Source: an uncultured Candidatus Saccharibacteria bacterium (lineage in GTDB: Bacteria > Patescibacteriota > Minisyncoccia > Phycocordibacterales > UBA9973). Taken from it: a stretch of DNA of 64,000 nt. The notes under the pieces are model-generated. The model did no database searches and was not told the DNA's origin. It worked only from the letters and a program-made list of their open reading frames with translations. This document shows positions 47,035 to 57,104 of the stretch, in pieces (positions within the stretch are counted from its first letter, which is position 1; each line of letters begins with the position of its first letter). Position numbers and translations under genes: made by a program. The stretch covers positions 7,265-71,264 of the forward strand of contig CAZBZO010000001.1 in NCBI GenBank assembly GCA_964496425.1, written 5' to 3'.

Positions 47035-47126
47035 ATTTTATAATTCTATATTAATAATACTCACTTCTAGGGTCACGTGAGCCCTGGGAGTGAACGACCT
47101 AAAATTTATAATAGCTAGATTATACC
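46955..47126. repeat. 172-bp perfect direct repeat, copy 2
   Basis: Identical to 46319-46490. Confidence 0.9.
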
Positions 47127-47191
47127 ACGAACAAATACTATCCATTGGCAAATTGAGGACTGTGGATAAGTACAGTCAACGATTCAGTTGC

Positions 47192-48391
47192 CTAGACTCC
47201 GGAAGCAATATTGTAAATTGGCATCAATACTGAAGCAAGTAATACGCCAACACTCAATCCAAGCGCCACAATCATAACTGGTTCAATGAGTCCGACGAGC
47301 GTATCAACAGCGCTGTCAACTTCACGTTTGTAAAACTTCGCAAGCGTTTTTAAGATTGAAGAAAGCGCGCCTGTTTCCTCCCCCACCTTTACCATTTGTA
47401 TCATGATTTGTGGAATCTGTTCATGGGTTCCCAGTGCATCAGAGAGCGCACTCCCACTCTTGACTGCTTCTACCGAATCCCGAAGAATGGTTTGGTACAC
47501 TTTACTGCCGACAATAGTACTGGTAATTTCAAGCGCGCGCACAATTGATATACCAGAAGAAAGCATTGTGTCGAGATTGTCTGCGATACGTGACAAGTAG
47601 AGTTTACGGTAGAGATTACCAAAGGCCGGAGCAGAGAGCTTGAGGTTATCGAGATAATTCTGCCCTGCTTCACTCTTAGAGAGGTAGTATACATAGAGCC
47701 CAGCAGCAACAAAAAAGATAAGGACAAAAAGACCGTAATTCACAAAGAAATGCGAAATACCGATAACAATTTTAGTATAAAGTGGGATATCCTGTCCGGA
47801 ATCTTCAATGATAGTTGCAAGTTTTGGAATAATCAAAGTGAACATAAGTATCATCACGGCAAAAAATACAATCACCACAAATGCCGGATAGATGAGAGCA
47901 TTTTTTGTTTTTGATGTTAGTTCATACTGACGATCAAGATAATCGGCCAGGTAATTAAAAGTTTGAGTCAATTTTCCCGATTCTTCGCCGGATTTGACCA
48001 TGTTTACATAGAATTCTGAAAATACATCCGGATGTTTAGCGAGGGCGCCGGAGATCGAAAAACCGGCCTGGAGATCATCTGAGACTTGCGTGAGCTTCGT
48101 GCGCAAAAGTTTATTTTCAGCATTGGTGCCAAGCATCGTAAATGCCTTAAGCGCAGAAACTTGGGCTTCAAAAAGAGTAGAGATCTGACGTGAGAGAATA
48201 ACAACGTCTTTAAGTGGAACTTTTTCAAAGAAACCACGGTTAAGAAAGTTTTTCTCTTCTTCGCCTTTCATAGACACCACGATCAATCCACGGCGTTGCA
48301 AAGAAACGATGGCTAGATCTTTGCTCTGTGCATCGATCGAGCCTTCCTTTTTTTCTCCTGTATTGGTGACTGCTTTGTATTTAAAAGTCAT
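47192..48391 (-). CDS. pilC: Type IV pilus platform protein PilC (GspF family)
   Basis: Duplicated GspF domain topology with three TM helices. Confidence 0.9.
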   Translation of the reverse strand: MTFKYKAVTNTGEKKEGSIDAQSKDLAIVSLQRRGLIVVSMKGEEEKNFLNRGFFEKVPLKDVVILSRQISTLFEAQVSALKAFTMLGTNAENKLLRTKLTQVSDDLQAGFSISGALAKHPDVFSEFYVNMVKSGEESGKLTQTFNYLADYLDRQYELTSKTKNALIYPAFVVIVFFAVMILMFTLIIPKLATIIEDSGQDIPLYTKIVIGISHFFVNYGLFVLIFFVAAGLYVYYLSKSEAGQNYLDNLKLSAPAFGNLYRKLYLSRIADNLDTMLSSGISIVRALEITSTIVGSKVYQTILRDSVEAVKSGSALSDALGTHEQIPQIMIQMVKVGEETGALSSILKTLAKFYKREVDSAVDTLVGLIEPVMIVALGLSVGVLLASVLMPIYNIASGV

Positions 48392-48409
48392 AGGGTAGTT
48401 AATTATTTA

Positions 48410-49468
48410 CTAAAGCAGTCTCTCAAGTGCTTTTGGATTGAATGATCGACTGTACGCATTTTCCATCGTGATCTCCCCTGCTCGCACGAGCTCAAGGAGC
48501 GAGCGATTCATGTCCACCATGCCGCCTTCCGATCCCGTCTCAATCACCACGTCGATTTCATGCGTACGTTTTTCTCGAATTAGATTTTGTACGGCACTGT
48601 TGTTGATGAGAAGTTCAAAAGCAGGAATGAGTCCGCCTGTGATACGCGGAACAAGACGTTGAGAGAAGATACCGAGTAATGATCCTGCAAGCTGAATACG
48701 GATCTGGTCTTGTTGTCCAGGCGGAAAAGAATCAACAATACGATCGATCGTCTGTGAAGCGTTGTTGGTGTGGAGCGTAGAGAAGACCAAGTGACCGGTT
48801 TCTGCGGCAGTCACAGCAGTCGCCATGGTTTCCGGAGAACGCATTTCGCCGATCATAATAACATTGACGTCTTCACGAAAAATAGCTTTGAGCGCGGTAT
48901 TGAAATCCTTGGTATCAATACCCACTTCGCGTTGATCGATCAGGGAGCGTTTTTGCTCAAACAAATATTCAATCGGATCTTCCACTGTGATGATATGCTC
49001 GGCGCGCTCGTTGTTGATAAGGTTGATCATGGAAGCCATAGTCGTAGACTTGCCTTGTCCGACCGGACCTACCACGAGGAAAAATCCCTGCTTTTTACGG
49101 GCGAAGCTCTCGAGCACTGGCGGCAGTCGAAGCTCATCGAGCGCTTTGACTTTTGGAATAAGGCGAAATGCTATCGCCGCTGAGCCGCGATGAATGAAAG
49201 CATTGCCTCGCAAGCGCGCTTCGCCACGGAAATCGTAGGAAAAATCTGCTTCTTGATTTTCAACAAAATACGCAAAGCGCTTTTCTGTCAGAATAACTTT
49301 CAAGATCCCCATCATATCTTCTTGAGAAAGTGCAGGATGGCTCGTAAGCGGTACAAGCTCAGATGCTATACGAATCGCCGGCTGACGCGTTGCTGAAAGA
49401 TGGAGGTCCGAACCTTCTTGATGGATGACAGTAAGAATGAGATCGTCGATGAGTTTTTGATAGTCCAT
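48410..49468 (-). CDS. pilT: Twitching motility ATPase PilT
   Basis: Walker A GPVGQGKST, an Asp box, Walker B and His box. Its ~350-aa size fits a PilT-type protein. Confidence 0.9.
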   Translation of the reverse strand: MDYQKLIDDLILTVIHQEGSDLHLSATRQPAIRIASELVPLTSHPALSQEDMMGILKVILTEKRFAYFVENQEADFSYDFRGEARLRGNAFIHRGSAAIAFRLIPKVKALDELRLPPVLESFARKKQGFFLVVGPVGQGKSTTMASMINLINNERAEHIITVEDPIEYLFEQKRSLIDQREVGIDTKDFNTALKAIFREDVNVIMIGEMRSPETMATAVTAAETGHLVFSTLHTNNASQTIDRIVDSFPPGQQDQIRIQLAGSLLGIFSQRLVPRITGGLIPAFELLINNSAVQNLIREKRTHEIDVVIETGSEGGMVDMNRSLLELVRAGEITMENAYSRSFNPKALERLL

Positions 49469-49555
49469 TGTCTAAAAGTATACTATATGTTTGTTATGAA
49501 AACTACTTTCTTTTCATGTTTTTGAGAAAATACTGCAACACTCATATTTGCGTCA

Positions 49556-51283
49556 TTAGAGACCGTACACCTCTTGCACTGGCACAATACCTTGGGTACT
49601 TTTCAAAATCGCATCTTCGCGCATAGTGGTAAAACCTTTAGAGCGCACCAGATCAAAGACTTCGGATTCGCCGGGACTCTTCAAGATAAGATCGCGTACT
49701 TCTTTATCAACAGCAAACATTTCCACTACTGCCACGCGGCCGCGTGTACCTGACGGACACTCAGTCGATGGCACTGCTTCATAGAGACTTTTATCAAATG
49801 GGATTTCTTTTCGATACGCTTCAGGGAGGTCAACAAACTGTTTCGTGAGCATTTGCTTAGTACTATCATCGAGTGGCAATGCTTTTTGAGAATTGGGACA
49901 GATCACACGCACAAGTCGTTGCGCGATAGAGAGCGTCAGCGTTGGCGCGATCAAGTACGGATCCACACCCATGTCGATCAAACGCGGTATCACGCCAATA
50001 GCGTTGTTAGTGTGGAGTGTAGAGAAGACCAAGTGACCCGTGAGCGCTGCTTGAATCGCTAATTGTGCAGTTTCTTTGTCGCGGATTTCTCCCACCATGA
50101 TAATGTCCGGGTCCTGACGAAGAATCGAGCGAAGACCCGAAGCAAACGTGTACCCGATCTCCGGCATAACTTGGGATTGATTCATGTCTGGAATGTGGTA
50201 TTCAACTGGATCTTCAAGAGAAATAACATTCGATTTTTCGCGATCAAGTTCGTTCAACATCGAATAGAGTGTGGTGGATTTTCCCGATCCTGTCGGGCCA
50301 GTAATCAAGATGAGCCCGTAAGGACGAGCAAGCGCATCGCGAATCATCGCCATATTGCGCTCTGAAAGTCCCAAAGCAGAAAGTGGTTTTACTCCACGCT
50401 CTGAGTCCAAAATACGCATTTCGACTTTTTCGCCATAATAGGCAGGCAGCGTCGATACACGAAAATCAATCTTTCGTCCCCCGACTTTTGCAGAAAATCC
50501 TCCGTCTTGCGGCTTTCTTTTTTCATCGAGTCGAAGCTTAGCCAAAATCTTAATACGAGCGACTACTCCTGCGTACACATTGATCGGCAAAACGAGACTA
50601 GTGTGAAGTACGCCATCAATACGAAAACGCACTTTGACTTTCTCGCCGGTATTTTCAATATGAATATCGGAGGCATTACCTTCCGTTGCATGGTTTAAAA
50701 TCACTGCGACAATCTTGATGATCGGTGCATCTTCAACAATTTTCTCTTCTTCCCCCGGCTTAAGCTTGTCTTGAATCTTATTGCTGTCAATCAGAACATC
50801 ACGTGCATCAGCTATCTCAGTATCAAGTTCGGTCAGAGCGCGGTCCACTTCCCCAGTCAGACCTTTATAGTTTTCAAGCACCTTTTCAAAATCAGCTCGC
50901 GAAATCAGAAAAACTTTATACGGAATACCAAGCTTGGATGCAATAAATTGGAGTGCATCAAGTGCTTCAATATTGGTTGGATCAAGCACGCCAATCTCCA
51001 GTACCCCATCCAAAAGGCCGAGGGGAACAAATCGATAATGTTTGGCAGAATCTTCAGGAATGTATTTCAACGCTTCAAACGAAACAGCATGCGTATCAAT
51101 TGCTTTGGCTGGAATATTATAAAATTTACTTTTTTGATCAAGAATAGAGGCTTCAGGAATATTTGCTTCGATGAGCGCCTGATCAAGATCACCATCATAT
51201 TTTTCTGCGGCGCGTTCTTTGATGTATGTTATTTGATTTTCTGGAAGAATGCCGGCCGCCGCAAGTGTTTCTAAAAAAGTCAT
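49556..51283 (-). CDS. pilB: Type IV pilus assembly ATPase PilB (GspE family)
   Basis: N-terminal GspII-like domain, Walker A GPTGSGKST, and a tetracysteine motif. Confidence 0.9.
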   Translation of the reverse strand: MTFLETLAAAGILPENQITYIKERAAEKYDGDLDQALIEANIPEASILDQKSKFYNIPAKAIDTHAVSFEALKYIPEDSAKHYRFVPLGLLDGVLEIGVLDPTNIEALDALQFIASKLGIPYKVFLISRADFEKVLENYKGLTGEVDRALTELDTEIADARDVLIDSNKIQDKLKPGEEEKIVEDAPIIKIVAVILNHATEGNASDIHIENTGEKVKVRFRIDGVLHTSLVLPINVYAGVVARIKILAKLRLDEKRKPQDGGFSAKVGGRKIDFRVSTLPAYYGEKVEMRILDSERGVKPLSALGLSERNMAMIRDALARPYGLILITGPTGSGKSTTLYSMLNELDREKSNVISLEDPVEYHIPDMNQSQVMPEIGYTFASGLRSILRQDPDIIMVGEIRDKETAQLAIQAALTGHLVFSTLHTNNAIGVIPRLIDMGVDPYLIAPTLTLSIAQRLVRVICPNSQKALPLDDSTKQMLTKQFVDLPEAYRKEIPFDKSLYEAVPSTECPSGTRGRVAVVEMFAVDKEVRDLILKSPGESEVFDLVRSKGFTTMREDAILKSTQGIVPVQEVYGL

Positions 51284-51379
51284 ATACTAACTATATCATT
51301 TTCACACAACGAGCGCACTTTCACATGATGAAAAAATTCTTTACAGGAAACCACATAACACAGACTAATACCGCAAATA

Positions 51380-52015
51380 CTACTGAGCAAGTGTTTTAAA
51401 AATTAATGTTTCTCCGGGGTATGAGGTAGTGCCAATTTGAGCTACCGCGCGAACATAGTAGGTAGTGTTTGGCACAAGACTAGAAATATTTTGCCCAAAA
51501 ACACCTGAAGAAGTCTGAGTAACGGTTGTGGTTTTGGCGCCCATTGTTTCAGTCGTACCATATTCAAACCATCGCGTCGCCGTGATTCCGGAAAGCGTAA
51601 TAGTACCTGAAAAAATTGCAGTCGTTGCAGTTATGCCGGACGGTGCCGTTGTAGCGATCGGAGCAACAGATGAAACGGGGGTGCCATCAACGCCAATCGG
51701 TGCAAATGGATTAGTGCGGCCAGGATTTGTATCCTGCACCAGCGGCTTTGAAAAGTCGACAAGTACACCAAAAGACGGGCTGTCAAATATAGAGTAATCG
51801 AGTTCAATATTTTGAATATTTAAAAGTGTAACAAGAAACTCCTGCCCCAGACTTACATCACTACCAGACAATCCAAGTGTCGTATCATAGACAGGCGTAG
51901 AGGCAAGACCACCTACAGCAGCATCATCTTTTTTAAAAAAGACACTATAACCGACAATCACCACCACCAGGAGGCCGACAAAGATAAGTAGATTTTTGAT
52001 AACTTTTGATTTCAT
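51380..52015 (-). CDS. Hypothetical membrane-anchored pilus-associated protein with FN3-like C-terminus (PilP-like position)
   Basis: N-terminal TM helix, Thr-rich region, and a C-terminal NTTYYVRAVAQ. Confidence 0.45.
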   Translation of the reverse strand: MKSKVIKNLLIFVGLLVVVIVGYSVFFKKDDAAVGGLASTPVYDTTLGLSGSDVSLGQEFLVTLLNIQNIELDYSIFDSPSFGVLVDFSKPLVQDTNPGRTNPFAPIGVDGTPVSSVAPIATTAPSGITATTAIFSGTITLSGITATRWFEYGTTETMGAKTTTVTQTSSGVFGQNISSLVPNTTYYVRAVAQIGTTSYPGETLIFKTLAQ

Positions 52016-52016
52016 A

Positions 52017-52601
52017 TTAGTTTTTGAGCCAATACGTTTTTATTTTAAACCCATACTTATACGTATCTCCTGTTTCTTCTGTGTCAGACGTAAAATTAAT
52101 TGAGCTGATATCAATGATACGAAGACTCTTTTCGAGATCAGCCAAAAAAAGCAGGAACGTTTGGTACGAGGCCGCAGTATTAAATTCCAAATTGAAACTA
52201 CCGTACTCTTTTTCTTCTTCGAGAATGGTCTCAGGTGTCCCCTGAACAGCATCGGGTGAAACTGGCAGTGGATCAGCTGCAAGTGTATCAAATTTAACAC
52301 TCGTGAGAAGCATGCCATAGTTTGTGGCGATGCGCTGGATGTCTATGATAAGACGTATATTGTCGACATTGTCAGGCAACAGCTTCGACAAACGATCAAT
52401 CTGCTCAGGGGTGAGTGATCGATATTTTTCCGAAAGCGTATCGCGGACTTTTTGAAGATTGAGCGCATTGGTAAGCGCAGCATCATATGCGGCAGCTTCC
52501 TGCTTCAACGTCTTTATCTCTTTATAGGTCGGACTGGTAAAGAGAATAAATGATGCTATAGATAGTAGAATAAGTATACTGGGAAAAATGTAGCGCATCA
52601 T
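52017..52601 (-). CDS. pilO: PilO-like pilus assembly protein
   Basis: Single N-terminal TM helix followed by a coiled coil. Gene order is pilM-N-O. Confidence 0.6.
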   Translation of the reverse strand: MMRYIFPSILILLSIASFILFTSPTYKEIKTLKQEAAAYDAALTNALNLQKVRDTLSEKYRSLTPEQIDRLSKLLPDNVDNIRLIIDIQRIATNYGMLLTSVKFDTLAADPLPVSPDAVQGTPETILEEEKEYGSFNLEFNTAASYQTFLLFLADLEKSLRIIDISSINFTSDTEETGDTYKYGFKIKTYWLKN

Positions 52602-52602
52602 G

Positions 52603-53268
52603 TTAGTTGGACTCGGTTATATTTTCTGGTAAAGGTGCGTCGACTTCGCCAGCATCTTCAGCTCCCGCTAAACCCTGAGACACAATTTGAGCAAAACTAA
52701 CAAAACTCGGGTCAACAACAAAAGAAAGATCGAATGTCACATTACCGGTTTTCTCTTCAAGCGCCAAGTTTGAAAACACCGGATCTTTGAAATATTTGTT
52801 CTCGCCGAATTTATCTGATTGAAGCGCAATCGATGTGTAATCTCTCGCGCGGCCAGACATCGCTACAACGATAGCTGGCGCTCCAGCATCCGCTGAAAGC
52901 TGATACCCGAATTTGGTATACTGGATCGTTTTAAGCGTAATCGCCTCAAGTGAGGTAAAAATAGGCGAAGTTTGTATATGTGTACCGAGCACTTCCTCTG
53001 CTGCGTGGAGGCGTCGGTCGAGCGTTTGCAGATCCTCAATCAGTTTTGGCTCAAATGCAGCTTTGGCTTTTTCGAGTTGCGCAGTTCCACTCGCTATTTG
53101 CTTCACGAGAGAAAGTTTATAGAAATAAACACCACCCGCTGCAAGGAGCGCGGCGAAGAAAACAAGCGTCGCAATAAAAATAGCGAGCGAGACCGGATGT
53201 TCGCGCACGACGCGTTCTTCGGAAAGCGATTTTTTGGGTATAAATGATGTTTGGAAATCTTTATCCAT
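52603..53268 (-). CDS. pilN: PilN-like pilus assembly protein
   Basis: Bitopic membrane protein immediately downstream of pilM. Confidence 0.6.
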   Translation of the reverse strand: MDKDFQTSFIPKKSLSEERVVREHPVSLAIFIATLVFFAALLAAGGVYFYKLSLVKQIASGTAQLEKAKAAFEPKLIEDLQTLDRRLHAAEEVLGTHIQTSPIFTSLEAITLKTIQYTKFGYQLSADAGAPAIVVAMSGRARDYTSIALQSDKFGENKYFKDPVFSNLALEEKTGNVTFDLSFVVDPSFVSFAQIVSQGLAGAEDAGEVDAPLPENITESN

Positions 53269-53382
53269 TACGAGAATTGAAATATATCAAATGCTTTTCA
53301 TATTGTAACACTATTTATGTCTAGTTTGTACATGTATTCAAGACAACTGTGGATAGCGACGCAAATTTTATCGCGCGAGACA

Positions 53383-54510
53383 TTATCCTTCAAGTTCCCG
53401 AAGCGCCAAACCAAGTGCAACTGAAAACTCCGGTCCTGTTTCTGCCAAAACTCCAGCCACGAAAGACGGCACTTCCACTTTGCCAAACGGATTGCCGAGA
53501 ATCACTTCTGAACGAAAGTTGTCGCGGGCAAGCTCGATAAATCCTTTGAGGAGCACGCCGCCGCCAGTCAAAATAACTTTACTGATCGTCTTGTTGTATT
53601 TTTTCTCATAATTTAAGACCACACTGTTTGTTTCCGAAAGAATATAGTCGACGGTAAGCTTCGTGACTTCAGCGATATTTTTATTGGTGGGACTGCCATA
53701 GAGGCCGAATTCCCGTTTCATTTCTTCAGCTTGTGCAAACGGCACGCCAAGTGATGTAGCGAGCGTACTTGAGATGTCATGCGAGCCGCGGTTGACGATA
53801 TGAAAACTCCGCACAATACCGTATTCGATAATCGAAAGCTTGGTGCGAGAAGCGCCCATATCAAGCAGTAAGACCGATGAGAGCTCGTGATTGAACGTTG
53901 ATCTGATAGCGCTAAAAACTTCTATCTCAAAAAAATGAGAATTTAATTTTGTATTCTTGATAATATCTTTGTACTTCGTGATCGTATCGTTGTGGATAGC
54001 GGCAATCAACACTTCGGTTTTTGGTTTTTCTGCCACCTTACCCGCTTCGGATTGCTCAAATGATTCCTCTCGCTTTGGGATAACCCAAAAATCAAGTGAC
54101 ACTTCTGAAATCGGCACCGGAATATATTTGCGCGCTTCGGTCGGCACAATCGTAGGAATTTGTTTTTCGTCGAGCACAGCCGGCAGATCGATCAAAAAAA
54201 TCAAACTTGCCGAAGACGGAATCGAAACGCTGGCTTCTGGTGTCGTCACGCCGGATTCGCGAGTGACGTCTGTGAGTGCTTGAGCAAGCTTGTCGACGGG
54301 AAGATTGGTGATCGTCCCAACATCGCTTCCCCCATAGGGACCCAAGGCAAGTGCGCCGTAGGTTTCAAGCACAGCTTTTGAGCCTTTCTTTTTGAGTTGG
54401 ACAACTTTCACCGAGGATGCACCGATATCGATACCGACGACGCTTTCACTCGAGCGCGAACTGTGCAAAAAACTCATTCCGTCACCCAAAATTTTCTTAA
54501 GTGGATTCAC
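53383..54510 (-). CDS. pilM: Type IV pilus assembly protein PilM (actin-like ATPase)
   Basis: VGIDIGASSVKVV and LLDMGASRTK are the actin-fold phosphate motifs. Confidence 0.88.
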   Translation of the reverse strand: MNPLKKILGDGMSFLHSSRSSESVVGIDIGASSVKVVQLKKKGSKAVLETYGALALGPYGGSDVGTITNLPVDKLAQALTDVTRESGVTTPEASVSIPSSASLIFLIDLPAVLDEKQIPTIVPTEARKYIPVPISEVSLDFWVIPKREESFEQSEAGKVAEKPKTEVLIAAIHNDTITKYKDIIKNTKLNSHFFEIEVFSAIRSTFNHELSSVLLLDMGASRTKLSIIEYGIVRSFHIVNRGSHDISSTLATSLGVPFAQAEEMKREFGLYGSPTNKNIAEVTKLTVDYILSETNSVVLNYEKKYNKTISKVILTGGGVLLKGFIELARDNFRSEVILGNPFGKVEVPSFVAGVLAETGPEFSVALGLALRELEG

Positions 54511-54619
54511 AATAGCTTATATGATAAGGATAATTTAAATAAACCTCAAAGTAGAGCGGCACATACTGAAATACCTTCGCAGTTTGAAATTTAAACTCTA
54601 ATCAGTATATCATAAAGAC

Positions 54620-55270
54620 ATGGGTGTTATCCGCACAATTTTAGATATTCTCTTCCCGGTGCACTGTATCGGCTGTAGAACGCAGGATGAGTTTATATGC
54701 CTTGATTGTATCTCCAAATTCCCCCCTGCCGCCCCCAACACTCCTTCGGGAGTCACAGCTCTGTTTTCATACCAACATCCGCTTGTAAAACGCTCACTCT
54801 GGATGCTCAAATACCATCACAAAAAAGGTCTGTCTGAAAACCTCGGGCGAGCGCTCCATGCGGCCATTATTCTGGAATACACTGATCTGCTCCAATTTCA
54901 AAATTTTCATAACCCCCTCCTCATCCCAGCTCCTCTTTCAAAAAAACGTAAACGCCAGCGTGGATTCAATCAAAGTGAGGTTTTGGCAAAAAATATTCAA
55001 AGCGCGGATCATGATCATATATTCCATGTTGAGACGAGCGCAGTGGAGAAAATAATTCACACCAAAAATCAGGCTGATATCCATGATCGGCGCACCCGCC
55101 TTCATAATTTAAGCGGAGTATTCAAAGTAACGCATCCGGAAAAAATAACAGGAAGAAATATTATTTTGATTGATGACGTCACCACGACAGGCGCAACACT
55201 TGCGGAGCTTAAAAAAGTTTTAAAGGAAGCTGGAGCAAAAAAAGTTATTGCTTTTACTGTTGCACACTAA
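54620..55270 (+). CDS. comFC: ComF family protein (competence protein ComFC, phosphoribosyltransferase fold)
   Basis: N-terminal Cys cluster CIGC...CLDC and PRTase motif ILIDDVTTTGATL. Confidence 0.85.
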   Translation: MGVIRTILDILFPVHCIGCRTQDEFICLDCISKFPPAAPNTPSGVTALFSYQHPLVKRSLWMLKYHHKKGLSENLGRALHAAIILEYTDLLQFQNFHNPLLIPAPLSKKRKRQRGFNQSEVLAKNIQSADHDHIFHVETSAVEKIIHTKNQADIHDRRTRLHNLSGVFKVTHPEKITGRNIILIDDVTTTGATLAELKKVLKEAGAKKVIAFTVAH

Positions 55271-55320
55271 ATACATCTTCGCAGTTCCTTGCCACGCAAA
55301 AAATTTGCTATGATACCAGC

Positions 55321-56529
55321 ATGTCAAAAAAAATCCCGTGCCCTGATTGCGGCGATGCGCCCGTTTCTCATCCCCTTGAGTGGCTGACTGCCGCTATGGA
55401 TTCGTTTATGATTCCCTTGTCGAAGCCGACCGATGGTATTTGGCATGCGATTGAGCCAGTCGTCGGCAACACACTCTATAATCATATCGGTCCACTTTTC
55501 TTTCAATTCATGACTTTGATCGGGCTCGGTACTATCACAAAAGCGCCGAACGAAAAAACTGGCGGACGAGCTCGGGTCCTCTGGGACGAAGCGACACGCC
55601 GCGGCATACGTATGTGGGAATTTCACCTTTTTGGCGTTGGGCGCGAAGCTTTCGTCGCAACGTACAATGGCAGAACAAAATGCTTTTCAAGCTTACCGCG
55701 CCCGGGCGTGTCAGACTCCAAAGGTATCGCCTGGATGGATGACAAAGAAGTCATGCGAGAAAAGTTTGCCGCGGCGGGGATACCGATCTCGCGCGGAGGC
55801 AAATGTTTTCTTTACGCTCGAGCAAAACATTTTTTTGATACGCTTGAAAAACCGCTCGTCATCAAGCCCCACACCGGTTCTCGCTCTCGTCATACGACTA
55901 CTCATATCACGACAGAAGCCGAACTTAAGCGCGCATTTTATAGTGCCAAACAGCTCTCGCCATGGATCATCGTCGAAGAGGAAGATCAGGGATTCGTGTA
56001 TCGCGGCACACTGATCGGAGGAAAAGTGGCTGGAGTCCTGCGCCGTGAGCCGCCAGATGTGACAGGCGATGGTGTCCATACCGTACGGGAACTTGTTGAG
56101 CTTGAAAATAAAAATCCAAAACGAACTGGTGATATTTTCCACACGATTTTAAAAGACAAAGACGCCGAAACCGAACTTGCGCGGCAAAATCTCACATGGG
56201 AAAGTATTCCGTCAAAAGACAGTATCGTCACCCTCTCTCAAAAAGCATCCCGCGGTATTGGCGGCGGCACGACTGATGTAACAGATATCGCGCATCCTGA
56301 AAATATAAAAATGCTCGAGCATATAGCAGAAGTGGTTGGCGATCCGATCATTGGCGTGGATTTTATTTTAAGCGATATAGAAAAACCATGGCAAGAACAA
56401 AAACACGCCAGTGTGCTTGAATGCAATTCCCTACCCTTCATCGATCTTCATCACTTCCCGCTCCACGGCTCGCCTCGCAATGTCGCCGGCATGATTTGGG
56501 ATATGATTTTTCCTGAACTTAAAAAATAG
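55321..56529 (+). CDS. ATP-grasp domain protein with N-terminal zinc-ribbon
   Basis: CPDCG at the N-terminus. ATP-grasp-like motifs LVIKPHTGSRS and GGKVAGVLRRE are present. Confidence 0.55.
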   Translation: MSKKIPCPDCGDAPVSHPLEWLTAAMDSFMIPLSKPTDGIWHAIEPVVGNTLYNHIGPLFFQFMTLIGLGTITKAPNEKTGGRARVLWDEATRRGIRMWEFHLFGVGREAFVATYNGRTKCFSSLPRPGVSDSKGIAWMDDKEVMREKFAAAGIPISRGGKCFLYARAKHFFDTLEKPLVIKPHTGSRSRHTTTHITTEAELKRAFYSAKQLSPWIIVEEEDQGFVYRGTLIGGKVAGVLRREPPDVTGDGVHTVRELVELENKNPKRTGDIFHTILKDKDAETELARQNLTWESIPSKDSIVTLSQKASRGIGGGTTDVTDIAHPENIKMLEHIAEVVGDPIIGVDFILSDIEKPWQEQKHASVLECNSLPFIDLHHFPLHGSPRNVAGMIWDMIFPELKK

Positions 56530-56543
56530 TTACTATCCAAATA

Positions 56544-57065
56544 TTATTCGTGTGAGGTTTTCTCGTGAGCTTTTTCAAATCTCTCTTCTTCTTCAAACGT
56601 GAGCTCCGAATCTGGATCGGGCAAGGCAACGTCGCGCACAAGATGTGAAATATATTTTTCACTGACCACAAACTCGCCGAGGAATTTCTTGAAGTCCTCT
56701 GTTTTATCGATTTCGCCTTTTTCAATGAAGTGATCGACAGGATGTGCTTCTGGAGTGTATTCAAAGTGGCCGCGGATTTCGCCATCGTTGTAAACCCGTA
56801 GATGATACTGCTGACTGAAAGATGTGAGCTTACGCCAAGAAAGAACTTGATCGTCGTCCGCCCAAGCCACGAAATGGTTGCCGAAACCCCAGACTTCGTG
56901 GAGATGATTTTTAAGCTCTTCAAGTGTGCGCCCTGGAGCAAGCCAGCCAACTGAATAGCGCTGTCGGCCTTTTTCATGAAATGGCAAAAAAAGCTTCTCA
57001 ATCCGCGGGAATACCGGGTAGAGTTCTTTCCACATGTGCTGTTTGAGTCGTTGCCAAAAATTCAT
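56544..57065 (-). CDS. Hypothetical protein
   Basis: 173 aa with no recognisable motif. Confidence 0.45.
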   Translation of the reverse strand: MNFWQRLKQHMWKELYPVFPRIEKLFLPFHEKGRQRYSVGWLAPGRTLEELKNHLHEVWGFGNHFVAWADDDQVLSWRKLTSFSQQYHLRVYNDGEIRGHFEYTPEAHPVDHFIEKGEIDKTEDFKKFLGEFVVSEKYISHLVRDVALPDPDSELTFEEEERFEKAHEKTSHE

Positions 57066-57104
57066 AGTAAGTAGTATACCGCGGAATTCTAATTGACTGA
57101 AAGT

